Below are positions 13,412-25,250 of a stretch of DNA of 64,000 nt, in pieces (the stretch's first letter is position 1; the number at the start of each line of letters is the position of its first letter). This DNA comes from Octopus sinensis (taxonomy: Eukaryota). Location: the NCBI RefSeq assembly GCF_006345805.1, contig NC_043005.1, positions 29,636,001 to 29,700,000 of the forward strand, read 5' to 3'. The translations under genes and the position numbers were made by a program. The notes beneath the pieces were generated by a model that was not told the DNA's origin, searched no databases, and saw only the letters and a list, made by a program, of their open reading frames with translations.

Positions 13412-14256
13412 ATTTAATCAACTGAAACCAATACCAATGGCTACTTGCAGATCCCTTTTAGAAAAATTTTTGCTTCATGATTTTTCGCTTAAGAAAAACT
13501 GCAAGCAACCATTAACATGTCACTTTTGTTTTCTATTGTTCATTTCTCCCTCTCACTTTTTTTATTAACTGCCTATCTTTCTTTCTCTCTCTCTCTGTTA
13601 CTCTGTCTCTCTTTCTATTTGTCTGTCTGTCTAATTCATTTTGATCTGAAAAGGAAATAATTATAAATCTTTATCCCTGTCTTTCATTTCCTAAACTGTT
13701 TTAATATAATTAACAATTTTCTTTTCTACTCTGTACCGATGATGCACAAAAGGCTGTCAACGAATAGAGAGATTAATAAAAAGATTATTAAATGTATCAG
13801 AGAAAAAAAATTTATTTCAATGGAACAGCATTAACAGCCAGGTTGCAGCTGTGTGACGAAAATTTTGACACTTCAAGAAGAAAAGGAAGAACAAATTTAA
13901 CAGTTTTTGTGTGTTTCTAAGTGGTTAAAATGACTTTTTTCATGATGTGATTGTTTTAGATTGAATTTAGATTGAACATGTGGTCTCAGATCAAATTTCT
14001 TGCTAAATTGTACAAGTGAAAGAAACCCCTCACCAAAAGAAATGTCTTTAGATAATTACTTGTTTGTCCATAAAACAATGAATGAAAAAAAAATTCATAA
14101 TGAAGCACTTCTTATGTGCTTCTTCCCCGCTTGGAAAACAGGAATGTGTCACTCAAAGAATGACTTTTGGGAATTTTTATCATCTTTTGCTTTTGATCAT
14201 TTTGTGCTTTTCAAATATTTTTATCATTCCGGAGTCTTCATTACCAGAATTGTTTT

Positions 14257-15059
14257 ATTTATTTACATTTGATGGATATTTGTCCTCATCTTGTTTGTTG
14301 TTAACACAACATTTTGGCTGATATACCCTCCAGCCTTCATCAGGAGTCTTGGGGAAATTTTGAACTTGGGTTCTCATTCCTGAGGTATTTTTCGATAGTA
14401 TTATTATTATTATTATTAATTTTATTGTTATTATTATTCAGTAGTTTTATTTTTATATCGTGCTTTCACTTCACTACCCAGTGCAGCTCTGTGTGCCTTG
14501 GGTATGTGCTGTGGTTTGTTGTGATGCTCTTATGGTTACTGTATTGAAAGTGTTTTGCATAGGATGTGTGCAGTGCCCAGTAATGCAATTTTCTGTATGT
14601 TATATGTATTTGTAAGTCCTGGTGTTTTTGTTATGTATTTGTCTGAATATTTTTTTATCATACCTAATGTGCCTACTATGATAGGAATTGTTTCTGTTTT
14701 TAGATTCCACATTCGAGTTACCTCTATTTCTGAGTCTTTGTATTTTGAAAGTTTCTCCATTTCTTTTAGAGAAACATTGTCATCTGCTGGTATTGATACA
14801 TCAATTAGAAAGCATTTTTTTTCTTCATGATCTGACAACTATATCTGGCCTATTGGCCTTAATTTCTCTATCTGTGTGTATTGGCATATCCCAAAGTATG
14901 GTTGCTTTCTCGTTTTCTGTGACCTTTTCTGGTGTGTGCCTGTACCATCTTTTTTCTGTTGTTATTCCATAGTGTTGGCCTAGCTTCCAGTGTATGTAGG
15001 TCCCAACTCTGTTGTGTCTGTGAGTATATTCCTTCTTAACCAGGACTGGGTAGCCAGAG

Positions 15060-15100
<41 letters not shown>

Positions 15101-15202
15101 TATTATTATTATTATCATTATTATTATTATTATTCAGGCCACTGCTTGGAATCGAACTTGGAATTTTGGGGTTAGTAGCCTGCGCTCTTAATCACTACAC
15201 CA
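14257..15202 (-). mobile_element. tRNA-head/(AAT)n/hammerhead element, copy 1, interrupted by an R4/Dong fragment
   Basis: Head at 15133-15202, AAT runs, and a pLTR-like part at 14257-14395 matching the copies at 43.1 and 50.5 kb. Confidence 0.8.
14439..15061 (-). mobile_element. R4/Dong-like RLE retrotransposon 3' fragment #2
   Basis: ISGYPVLVKKEYTHRHNRV...TILWDMPIHTDREIKANRPDIVVR-DHEEKKCFLIDVSIP..KEMEKLSKYKD...IQKIALLGTAHIL, followed by a 3' UTR ending in aataataat. Confidence 0.92.
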
Positions 15203-15481
15203 GAATGGTTAATGTTGTATGTTTCTGTATTTCTTGGCTTATGTGTTTTGATATAAACTAGTCTTTGGTATATTTGAATTGTTTCCTGTCTTTTGTAATT
15301 CTTGAATGTTTATTCCTTTTGCACATTTTTCTTGGGTACTATCTTTCAAGAAGTATCCATTTTAGTTGTTGGAGTCTTTTATTTCCAAATTCGAAAATGA
15401 TTGAACAAATTCTTCATATTAAATTGAACATTATATTTGCATATTTTCCTACGTTTTAGACAGCAAGATATGAATGGTGAG

Positions 15482-15774
15482 CAGTAGCAGACTGTGTCTA
15501 AAAATATTGGTTGCCAGGAGACTAAGGGGACCCACCCGCAATCACAATGCGATCATTTAATTTTATTTTTTTTGTTAGAAGTATTCTTTTCACCTATCTA
15601 CAAACACAGCCAGACTGAAATAATTAATGCATTCTTCCAGGAGTGAATGGAAAATTCTCAAACTTGAGGGGATGGGCCCCTTAGATACTACCATGGGCCC
15701 CCATATATGAATTCTAATGGTGCAGGGGCCCACTTACCACCGGGCAAGTTGGCAACCTGGCCAATCTGTCACTG
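15482..15774. mobile_element. Possible non-autonomous DNA transposon (cagtggcggatt-type TIRs)
   Basis: cagtagcagact ... aatctgtcactg imperfect TIRs with internal gggccc motifs. Confidence 0.4.
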
Positions 15775-16159
15775 GTGGTTGGTGAGGATTGTTTAAAGTT
15801 GCTTGGTTTGTAGTGGACGGTGTTTTCATTCCTTGTGTCCCTTTGATGATTAAAATATCCAGGAAGGGTAAATGATTTTGAAGCCATTGTGAATTGTAAG
15901 CTGTTGTGTATTGTTATTAAGGTTTTGAAATCATACAATTGCTCATGTCCATTGTCTCACTGAATAAGGCGGTCATGTAAATAATATTTCCAATTTCCTA
16001 ATAGGTATTTATAGATGCTGATGCTGTATTCTAATTTAGATTCTTCATATATTTGCAATTCCTGATGTGTCATGGCTGAATTTGTGTATTTGGTGAAAAC
16101 CATCATTCTCATCACAGCTCCATATTTTTGTTTGTAAATATTATTATTGAATTTAAGGT

Positions 16160-16527
16160 AGTGAGGTGGTAGGATCATTAACACACGAAGTCAAATGCTT
16201 GGCAGTATTTCATCCATCTTTACGTTCTGAGTTCAAATTCTGCTGAGGAAACTTTGCCTTTCATCCTTTTGGGGGTCAATAAAATAAATACCAGTTGACT
16301 ACTGGAGTTGATGTAATCGACCTACCCACTCCCCTAATGTTACTGGCCTTGTGCCAAAATTAGAAACCAATATTACTATTGAATTTAAGGTGGCAAGGTG
16401 GTAAGATCATTAGCATATGGGGGGAAATGATAAATGGCCTTTTGTCCACCTTCACATTCTGAGTTCAAATTCCGCCTGAGTCGACTTTGCCTTTAATCCT
16501 TTCATGGTCAATAAAATAGGTACCAGC
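16160..16527 (+). mobile_element. Two tandem family A SINEs
   Basis: Two ttctgagttcaaattc...gactttgccttt..atccttt cores at about 16227 and 16458. Confidence 0.8.
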
Positions 16528-16696
16528 TATATATATATACAAAGAATAAGGAGAAAATGGAGAGATAATTAATAAAATTATTTATTAATTATAAAATATA
16601 GCAACATTTTATTATTGGAGATGTTGTTATATTTATAATTAACAAAATATCATTTATTAATAACCTCTCCAATTACCTTATTCTTTATTATATATA
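16528..16696. repeat. Imperfect AT-rich palindrome, ~75 bp arms
   Basis: aaagaataagg..ggagag..attaataaa..ttaattataaa..caacat is mirrored around a ~13 nt loop. Confidence 0.75.
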
Positions 16697-16836
16697 GAGA
16701 TATGAACCATGGTTTATAGGGTTACCTTATAGTTGAACTTTCAATAGATTGGTAACTAACCAGTATTTTCATTGGATTTATGATCCCTTAATGAGGTTTA
16801 TTACCTTTGCATGATTCTATTATGTATATATATATA

Positions 16837-16869
<33 letters not shown>

Positions 16870-16896
<27 letters not shown>

Positions 16897-17340
16897 GTAT
16901 AGTTGAAATTTACAGAAAAACAAATGGCAAAGACAGGTGTATAAACAACAAACAGGTGTATTAGTTTGATGTTTGGGAAAGTGAGAAAGCCTTTTATATT
17001 TCAAGCCTACACTCTTCAACAGAAAGAAACATGAGGAAATAAACAGAGGGAGAATTAAAAAACTTGTAGATTTAGAGGTCAAATAACGACTGGTTGGAAA
17101 AAAACCTTTGACAGGAGAGGTTGAATGAAGGGGAGATAATAAAGTATTGGTGATCCCAAAATCATATATATATATATATATATATATAAAGGTAAGCAGA
17201 TTTAGTGGTTGTAGTAACCGACTAAGGGATAATAGGATCCGTATTTACTATCGGCAACAATTACCTGTGCTATCTCTGGGCATGGATATGCAGGCACACT
17301 ATGCTCATAGGGTACAGGTGATAACTGAATAAACAAAAGT
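16870..17340. repeat. Dispersed repeat flanked by TA runs; second copy at about 63345-63510
   Basis: acaaaca/aggtgtattagtttga...aagcctac/atgctcttc.acagaaa is shared with 63410-63490. Confidence 0.6.
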
Positions 17341-17754
17341 TTATCAGAAATCAAATTTAAATAAGCAGAAACAAACAAATAAATTGGCCAACATCAGTTG
17401 GTTATGCTTTGTAAGCACTGATTGACATTGGCAGATGAAACGGCTGTAAGAAATGTTATGTAATGTTATGTTTTGTATCAAAAAATAATTAACTGATGTT
17501 GGTCAATTTGTTCATTTGTTGATCAAAAGTTTTCTCCATTTTCTGCTTACTTAAATTTACATATATATTTATATATATATAAATGCATGCTCTATAAATA
17601 TGCTCGCTCTCCCTCTCTCTCTCTTTATATATATTATATATATATATATTATGTATGTATGTATGTATGTATGTATGTATGTATGTATGTATGTATGTAT
17701 GTATGTATGTATGTATATATATATATATGTATGTATATATATATATATGCATAT

Positions 17755-17930
17755 ATGAACACTCTGTAAAGTGGTTGGTGTTAGGAAGGGCACCCGGCCA
17801 TAGAAACTATGCCAAATCAGACTGGAATCTGGTGCAGCTCTCCAGGTGCCAGCTCTGGTCAAACTGTGCAGCCCAAGCCAGCATGGACAACAGACATTAA
17901 AGGATAATGATGATGATGATGATGATGAGC
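17755..17930 (+). mobile_element. RTE 3'-UTR tail (family C)
   Basis: ggttggtgttaggaagggcacccggccatagaaac...cagcatggacaacagacattaaaggataatgatgatg. Confidence 0.75.
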
Positions 17931-18001
17931 ACTAGGGTCACTTGAATTGGTCAACTCTTTCCCCAAAACTGCTGGTATTAGACCAAAATTCTAATACCAG
18001 C

Positions 18002-18225
18002 GGCGAGCTGGCAGAATCGTTAGCACGCTAGGCAAAAAAAAAATGCTTAGTCTGCCGCTACGTTCTGAGTTCAAATTCCGCCGAGGTCGACTTTGCCTTT
18101 CATCCTTTCGGGGTCAATTAAAGAAGTACCAGTCACGCACTGGGGCCGATATAATCGACTTAATCCGTTTGTCTGTCCTTGTTTGTCCCCTCTGTGTTTA
18201 GCCCCTTGTGGGTAGTAAAGAAATA
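18002..18225 (+). mobile_element. Young family A SINE with TSD
   Basis: CpGs retained; ggtattagaccaaaatt at 17974-17990 and 18226-18242. Confidence 0.9.
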
Positions 18226-19312
18226 GGTATTAGACCAAAATTTGAAAATGTTATTATTGAATTTGAAAAAATTATTTTGTGATTTAAAATTTTATTTTTT
18301 TTTTGTTAGTCGCTTTATGGGTTGTTCTGTGATCTCATATCTATATATATCAAGAATGTAACACACCTGATCAGTTGAGGCCTGGGAAACCAACGACCAT
18401 GCTCTCCACTGCTATTTCCCAAGGTGGAGGTGAACACTGTGCATCTGGGATAATGACAACTACATATACATATATATACACGTGTATCTATCTATATATA
18501 TGCACACATGTATGTGTGCTTGTGTGTGTGTGTAAAATCGCTGTGTGTGTATTTAAAGGTTTATGAATTCACTCAAGTAGATTCAGTTGTGAGACCCAAA
18601 AGCAAATACACACACAGATACATACATACGTATGTACATGTGCACGCATGCACACACACACAAACATACACACACACACACACACACACAAACATACTCA
18701 CACTCTCTTTCTTTCTCTCAAACATACACACACACAAATACACACACTCTTTCTCTCAAACACACACACAAACACATACACTCTCTCTCTTTCTTTTTCT
18801 CAAACACACATGCACAAACACACACACACATTCTCTCTCTTTCTTTCTCTCAAAGACACACACACACACACACACACATGCACAATAGTTCAATTTCATT
18901 ATTGGACAGTCGTGAAAGTGACCTCCCTTGCATGATGCTTAAAAGCTGAAAGCAAGGATAACTGATAAAAAAAAAAAAAGCTGTTTGGAATTGTCCCAAG
19001 AGTGTCAGAAATGAAAACAGCAGTTTCCAGATCAGTGAGCATGAAACAGCTGTTTTCACATGTACCACATGCATGATTTTTGAAGAAAACATAAAAATAA
19101 GTGTTTTCCTGATAGCATTTGTATAATATTTCAAAATATACTCAAACAGATAATTCAAGAGGAAATGGGCTCAGATTTCCTGCCAAAATAGCAGAACTCT
19201 GTAACTCAGAATAACAGTAATTTAGAGCTTTTCAGGTTCTTATGTATTGAAGTATATTTTGCATTCAACTATTGAGTTCACGTGTCCTTGCTTTCTGGTG
19301 AATCAACAGAAA

Positions 19313-20048
19313 TCATCATCATCATCATCATCATTTAGCGTCCGTTTTCCATGCTAGCATGGGTTGGACGGTTCAACTGGGGTCTGGGGAGCCCGAAGGC
19401 TGCACCAGGCCAGTCAGATCTGGCAGTGTTTCTACAGCTGGATGCCCTCCTTAACGCCAACCACTCGAGAGGTAGTGGTGATTTATGTGCCACCGACACA
19501 GGGCCAGACGAGGATGGCGAACGGCCACGCTCGGATGGTGTTTTTATGTGCCACCGACACAGGTGCCAGACGAGGCTGCAGAGCCACGCTCGGATGGTGT
19601 TTTATGTGCCACCGACACACAGGTGCCAGATGAGGCTGGCGGACGGCCACGATCGGATGGTGTTTGGTACGTCCCCAAAGCACGGAGGCCAGTCTATGCG
19701 GTACTGGCTACGGCCACGTTCGGATGATTTTCTTGTGTGCCACCGGCATGGTACCACAAGATACAAATTCATTGATGTTCATCTATTTTGATTTGTTTTG
19801 ATTGATTTTCACTTGCCTCAACAGGTCTTCACAAGTGTCACAAGAAGGAAGGTATGCACAGGTTGGATGACTACGTCCCAGGTAGGGGCCACGGGTTATG
19901 GCCTGACTAGTCTTGCCGGGTCTTCGGATGGTGTTTTTTGTGCCACCGACACAGGTGCCAGATGAGGCTGGCGACGGCCACGATCGGATGGTGTTTGTTA
20001 CGTGCCCACAGCACGGAGGCCAGTTGATGCTGGTACTGGCTCGGCCAC
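19313..20048 (-). mobile_element. RTE 3' UTR with an array of 58-65 bp subrepeats
   Basis: Units tgtgccaccgacacagg..ggccacgctcggatggtgtttt at 19486, 19547, 19605, about 19668 and 19737, and again at 19925-20048. Confidence 0.8.
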
Positions 20049-20269
20049 ACATTATTAATATTTAGCAGAAGTAACAGAGTGCTAAATATTAAGAAAAATA
20101 TTATAGGCGTGGGAGTGGGCGGGTGTGTGGTAAGTAGCTTGGTACTCCAGCATGGTACTCCAGCATGGCGACAGTCAAATGACCAAAACAAATGAAAGAA
20201 TAAAGGAATGCTCATTTTCTGAGTATTCTTTTTCCTGTTTGCATCAACATACCTACATACATACATACA

Positions 20270-20296
<27 letters not shown>

Positions 20297-20300
<4 letters not shown>

Positions 20301-20418
20301 TAGACAAAAAGAGATAACGAAACGAAGGCTGTGAGGTGTTTTCATGTCATTTATAAGGAAAATGTCCTTATAAATGTCCTGAAACTCCTCACAGCCTTGG
20401 CTTTGTTATGTGTTTTTG

Positions 20419-20426
<8 letters not shown>
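20297..20426. repeat. Palindromic repeat, ~36 bp arms; partial second copy at 20970-21040
   Basis: tagacaaaaa..gataac..aaggctgtgagg ... cctcacagcctt..gttat..tttttgtcta. Confidence 0.75.
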
Positions 20427-20449
<23 letters not shown>

Positions 20450-20515
20450 GATACATGCTAATACAAGACCCTCATTAATCTCCTCACTCATATCACAATC
20501 AAATCAAGAGTTTAG

Positions 20516-20551
<36 letters not shown>

Positions 20552-20554
<3 letters not shown>

Positions 20555-20673
20555 CGTTTTTGGATTTGGTTCTTTATGTGAGTTGTGTGTTGGAGCATAT
20601 TCTGTTGTGTCTAGGGAGAGTCATTGTTAAATTATAAGGCACTAAAAGAGAATGACTCTCCCTAGACAGAACA

Positions 20674-20676
<3 letters not shown>
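20552..20676. repeat. Repeat family F in inverted-pair arrangement
   Basis: gtctagggagagtcatt followed by aatgactctccctagac; same family at 60291-60502. Confidence 0.7.
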
Positions 20677-20729
<53 letters not shown>

Positions 20730-21609
20730 ATATATATACATATAGTTATCTTTTGACTATCTTGAGTGTTACATTCCAAAATCCCACAAAAATAATTAAA
20801 ATCTCAAAATATATAAATACTTATTGGCTGCAGAAACCCAGATATACTGAGGAGTCTGCAATATAAATTATACATATATTAGCCAGAAAGTTCCGTGATG
20901 TGCTGAGTGTGCAATAGGTAAACTGTGATATGGTGTGGAATTACTGTTAGGAATTTTCAGGACATTCACCAGGACATTTTACTTATAAATGTCCTGAAAT
21001 CTCCTCACAGCCTTGGCTTTGTTATCTGTTTTTCTCTAAGGTATGTATGTATGTAAATGCAAACAGGAAAAATAGAACTCAGAAAATGAGCATTCTTTTA
21101 TTCTTTTATTTTTTCGGTCATTTGACTGTGACCATGCTGGAGCACTGCTTTTAGTCAAGCAAATTGACCTCAGGACTTATTCTTTGTAAACCTATTACTT
21201 ATCCTATCAGTCTCTTTTACAGGGACGTAAAGACACCAACATTGGTTGTCAAGTGATGATGGGGGGACAAACACAGACACACAAACATATACATACATAC
21301 ATACATACATGTGTATATATATATATATATATATATACATACGACAGGCTTATGCTAGCTATATATATATATATTAATTATCATCATCTTCATTATTTTA
21401 ATTTCTACTTTTCCATTTTGAAGAGGCAGTTATAACTGTCCTAGATTATTGTAATTTTAGTATATTCTTACTATGTATATCTAATAAGCTGACCTGCCAC
21501 CTTTTCCTATTCCAAGTTAGATGAGATGGTTGCAACTGTACTTTGAACACACCCTACTCAGCACTGCCTGTCCCAGCTGGTCCGTTTGCAGAATGCAGTC
21601 AGGATGATT

Positions 21610-22240
21610 GGAACTATGCAATAAAGGGTTGTGTTAAACTGAGCAAAAACACTACAGAAACTTGCAAAATGCTCCAGACTGGTCATTGATGAAAATTTTC
21701 AGTGGCAGAAGAGATTCAAGGATGGTTGAGAGGAGTTGAGAGATGATGAGAGGTGTAAGAGGGAGAAGTGTGTCCTAACATTAGAAACTGGTTGAGGAAA
21801 TTTGCAATTTTCTGGAGGAATCCTATTGTATATCTATAAAGACAACAAGCAAACAGTTTGGAGTTGGTGTGGCCACTGTTTACAGAATTATTCATGAAGA
21901 TTTGGACATGCACTAAATTCATGCAAAGGTATTCAGTGATGAGTATTCTGGCAAGCAACTATTTAACAGGGATGGTCATCAAAACTCTCCCTCATGCTCC
22001 TCCCTACAGTCCAGACCTTGCTCCCTTGCTGGTTGTTCCTCAAACTGAAGGAGAACCTCAGGGGTAGTTATTTTGAAGACACTGAGAAGATGAAGGAAAC
22101 TGCGACAAGGATCTCGAACTTCTTCACATCGGTGGACTTCCAGGGGGGGGCTTCATGAAGTGGCTGGAGAATTACAAGTGCATCAACGTCAGAGAATCCT
22201 ACTTTGAAGATGATTAGAGTTTTGCATCCATTTGAAATTA
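21610..22240 (+). mobile_element. Internally deleted mariner transposase remnant
   Basis: YAIKGCVKLSKNTTETCKMLQ; QWQKRFKDG*EELRDDER; FGVGVATVYRIIHEDLDM; IKTLPHAPPYSPDLAP. Confidence 0.85.
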
Positions 22241-22715
22241 ATATAAATGTCTCTCCAGAAATTGTCTGAAAAGTTCAGGAATGTCACAGAGCAAGAATTT
22301 GAGACAAAATTTATTAATGGGTCAAACATTTATTTCAAAGTGATCACATGGGTCACACAGAATTGTTTGAGGCAGATTTTTCTGTAGCTGGATGACCTTC
22401 CTGTCACCTATTTCTAAACTCAGTAGTATTACTTCCAGCCATGACCATCCCATTTCGTTTCTCTGTGCAGGGGAACTCTGCATCATGTTATTCAATGTTC
22501 GTTTCTTTTTAAGATGGTACAATGTGATTTGAGAGAGATTTAGTTGTTATTTCTCACATACTGAGCGACCACGTAGAAGCTTGCTCACTGGTCAGCTCTT
22601 GGTAGTGGTGAATGATGAGAGAAATAGTGGAGGTGATAATGATGATGATAATGACAGTTATGATGATGATGATGATGATAATGACCACACTGTTTGTATT
22701 TATGTATGATTTACT

Positions 22716-22819
22716 TACTATGCCTTTTTTCTCGTTTCAGGTAAGTTTCCTTTACAGTTGACTTCACATAAAAGAAGACTGTGTTGTGTCATCTGTTTGA
22801 GCCTTTAGCCACGTAAGTA
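22716..22819 (+). promoter_or_regulatory. Candidate recursive splice site / non-coding 72-nt exon (22741-22812)
   Basis: ttacttactatgccttttttctcgtttCAG|GTAAGT and a second donor ccac|GTAAGT at 22813. Confidence 0.45.
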
Positions 22820-24779
22820 AAGTCTTTGCTAATGTTGACCACTGACTGAGACACACATAGCAATGACCCTTGTAACTACTGTTAGTCTCTCTGTCTCTGT
22901 TTGTCTGTCTGTCTCTCTGGATATAGAAAATCTGGTGCCTGAGTAAGAAAGTATTTGATGAAAGATGGAAGAATGTCGTGTATAAAAAAGGTCTCTTGTG
23001 GATGCGAGATAAGCCCAAAAACCGAGGTCAGTGAGAGGCGGGGTTCGTGGGGTCCGTAAACCCGCCCCACTCCATATGTTTAAAAATGTCCATTGTGTTG
23101 TTAATTCAATCGTTGTATATAAAATCATGTTAAATTTTTATCGACCCCAAATTTCGCTTTATATGTAAAATCATTCTTGATTGTATTGTCCATTCTTTGT
23201 ATATCCTTATGGAAAATAAAAAATTCATGGATATAGAAAATCTGCCTCAAATTCCATTTGATCCATGTAAGCCTGGAAAAGTGGATGTTAAATGATGATG
23301 AGGATGATGATTGCAGACATAATCATGTTTAACAAACACATGATAGGAAGAACTTGCCTACAGAATCAATAAGGAATTCTGAAATAACATTTATTCAGAT
23401 TGGTTCCTTCTTTTCTGACAGAATATTCTTTAACCTTAAACTAACAGCCTCAAGGTGATAATTACCATCATCATCATCGTTTAACATTCACGTTGGCATG
23501 GATTGGATGGTTTGACAGGATCTGATGGGCCCAAGGACTGCATTGTGCCCCAGTATCATCTTTGGCACAGTTTCTATGACTAGATGCCCTTCCTAATGCC
23601 AACTACTTTACAGGTTATATTGGGCGCTGTATTTGTACCACAAGCATTTGTGAGGTTATGAAGCAGCTTGTTAGATTATGAACCCTAAAGGGGAGGCATT
23701 TTATGTGAGGAGAATGAGTAGTGAGAAGTAAAGTATGAGAGAAAAGGGTCAGAGCAGAAGAGGTTTTTTTGCTGGAGAGGAGCTGCATGACCACTCACAT
23801 TACAGAAGAGAGGGTAGCAGGAGTGTGTGGTGAAGGTTCAGTCTGGTGAGGTAAGGAGTACTTGAGAAAGGAGGTGATGGGCGAAATGACATACACATTA
23901 TAACACAGACACACAAGTAGAGAAGGTAGGAGTGCGTGAGAAGGAAAGGGTATGAAATGGCAGAGAAGAAATCAGTAAGAAGTGGACAGAACTAAAGAAT
24001 TAACAGATTAATGGAGATAGTAAAGACAATAATATGAGGTGTACACACAACACTGATAATCCAAGCAACAATGTATCCATTCTTAATACATTCCAGCAGA
24101 TTCAAGCATGAATACACTGTTGTAATTCATCACTGGAGAACCTCCTCTTTCTTTAGATGATGTGTATTCGTAAAACATGTGATTCATTGATGTAAGGGGT
24201 CTTTTAAGCACTGTGGCTTTTTGACCTTACTTAATGTCTCCTCACTGAAGGCTACCCCTTCACTGATGAATCTAGTGATCACTGGTTCTTGCTTATGGTA
24301 AGCAGCAAGTAAATATTTGCTGATGTAGGCCAAAGTAGATGATAATTTATGAGGTGCATGCTGAACCGAGTGCACAAGAAATTATGCTTATTTGCTACAC
24401 TGCATGCATTCTTTCACAGTTTGTGTGAATGTACAGATTCGATCGCAACAACTGTGATTAAGGTGAAAGCAACCGTGACTAAGCTGAAATCTCATCTTTT
24501 CTTCATAAACTGTAAATTCATGTTTTGGTTGTAAACACATTTCTGAGATGAACATAAAAAACTTTGCCAACAATTGGCAACATAGTTATTCTCTGGTAAT
24601 TATATTACAAGCATGATAATCGTTTTTGGAAACTGATCCAACAGTGGCTTTTACTTAACCGAATTATTGAATTGTTATAAAAATAGAACCAATATAACAT
24701 CCTTGAACTTTGGTCCTCGTTACTGGTGTATTTGGAAACAACAGAAAATCTCACCAAACTTTAAAAATCTATATTTATC

Positions 24780-24990
24780 AATCATCTTGTATTGCTTGTG
24801 TTGTTGTATGGTACCAAAGCATGGACATTACTCGAAAATGATTTTGGTTTTGTTGGAAATCTTCCAAATAGGATGCCTTCCTTGAACCCTTGAAGAATGA
24901 TGGATTAACCATCTGCACAATGACCACACTCAAGGAACTTGATTTTGGCAGCTGACTGTTTCTGAATTAATACACAAACATTTGGTGAAC
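24780..24990 (+). mobile_element. Very decayed RTE-like remnant
   Basis: VLLYGTKAWTLLEND resembles the RTE LLYG.E.W motif. Confidence 0.4.
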
Positions 24991-25250
24991 TGTTAAGAGT
25001 GGTCATATGTGGTCAAGAGAGTCATTTAAGGATCCCATACAAACTACTTGGATGTCTCAAGCCCTAAAATGCATGTGCATATATACTTACCTATTCACGC
25101 AATACAGATATATACAATAGATATACATATACATATATATGTATATGTGTGTATATATATATATATATCTACATATATATACACACACAGACACACACAC
25201 ACGTATATACATATACATATATATGTATATGTGTGAGTGTATATATATAT

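Noticed and set aside
19486-20048. CRISPR-like array
   Set aside because: The units are contiguous, with no unique spacers, and lie in an RTE 3' UTR in eukaryotic DNA.
24060-24660. Moderately complex sequence with 61-63 aa ORFs as host exons
   Set aside because: No recognisable domain, no convincing paired splice sites, and stops in all frames within short distances.
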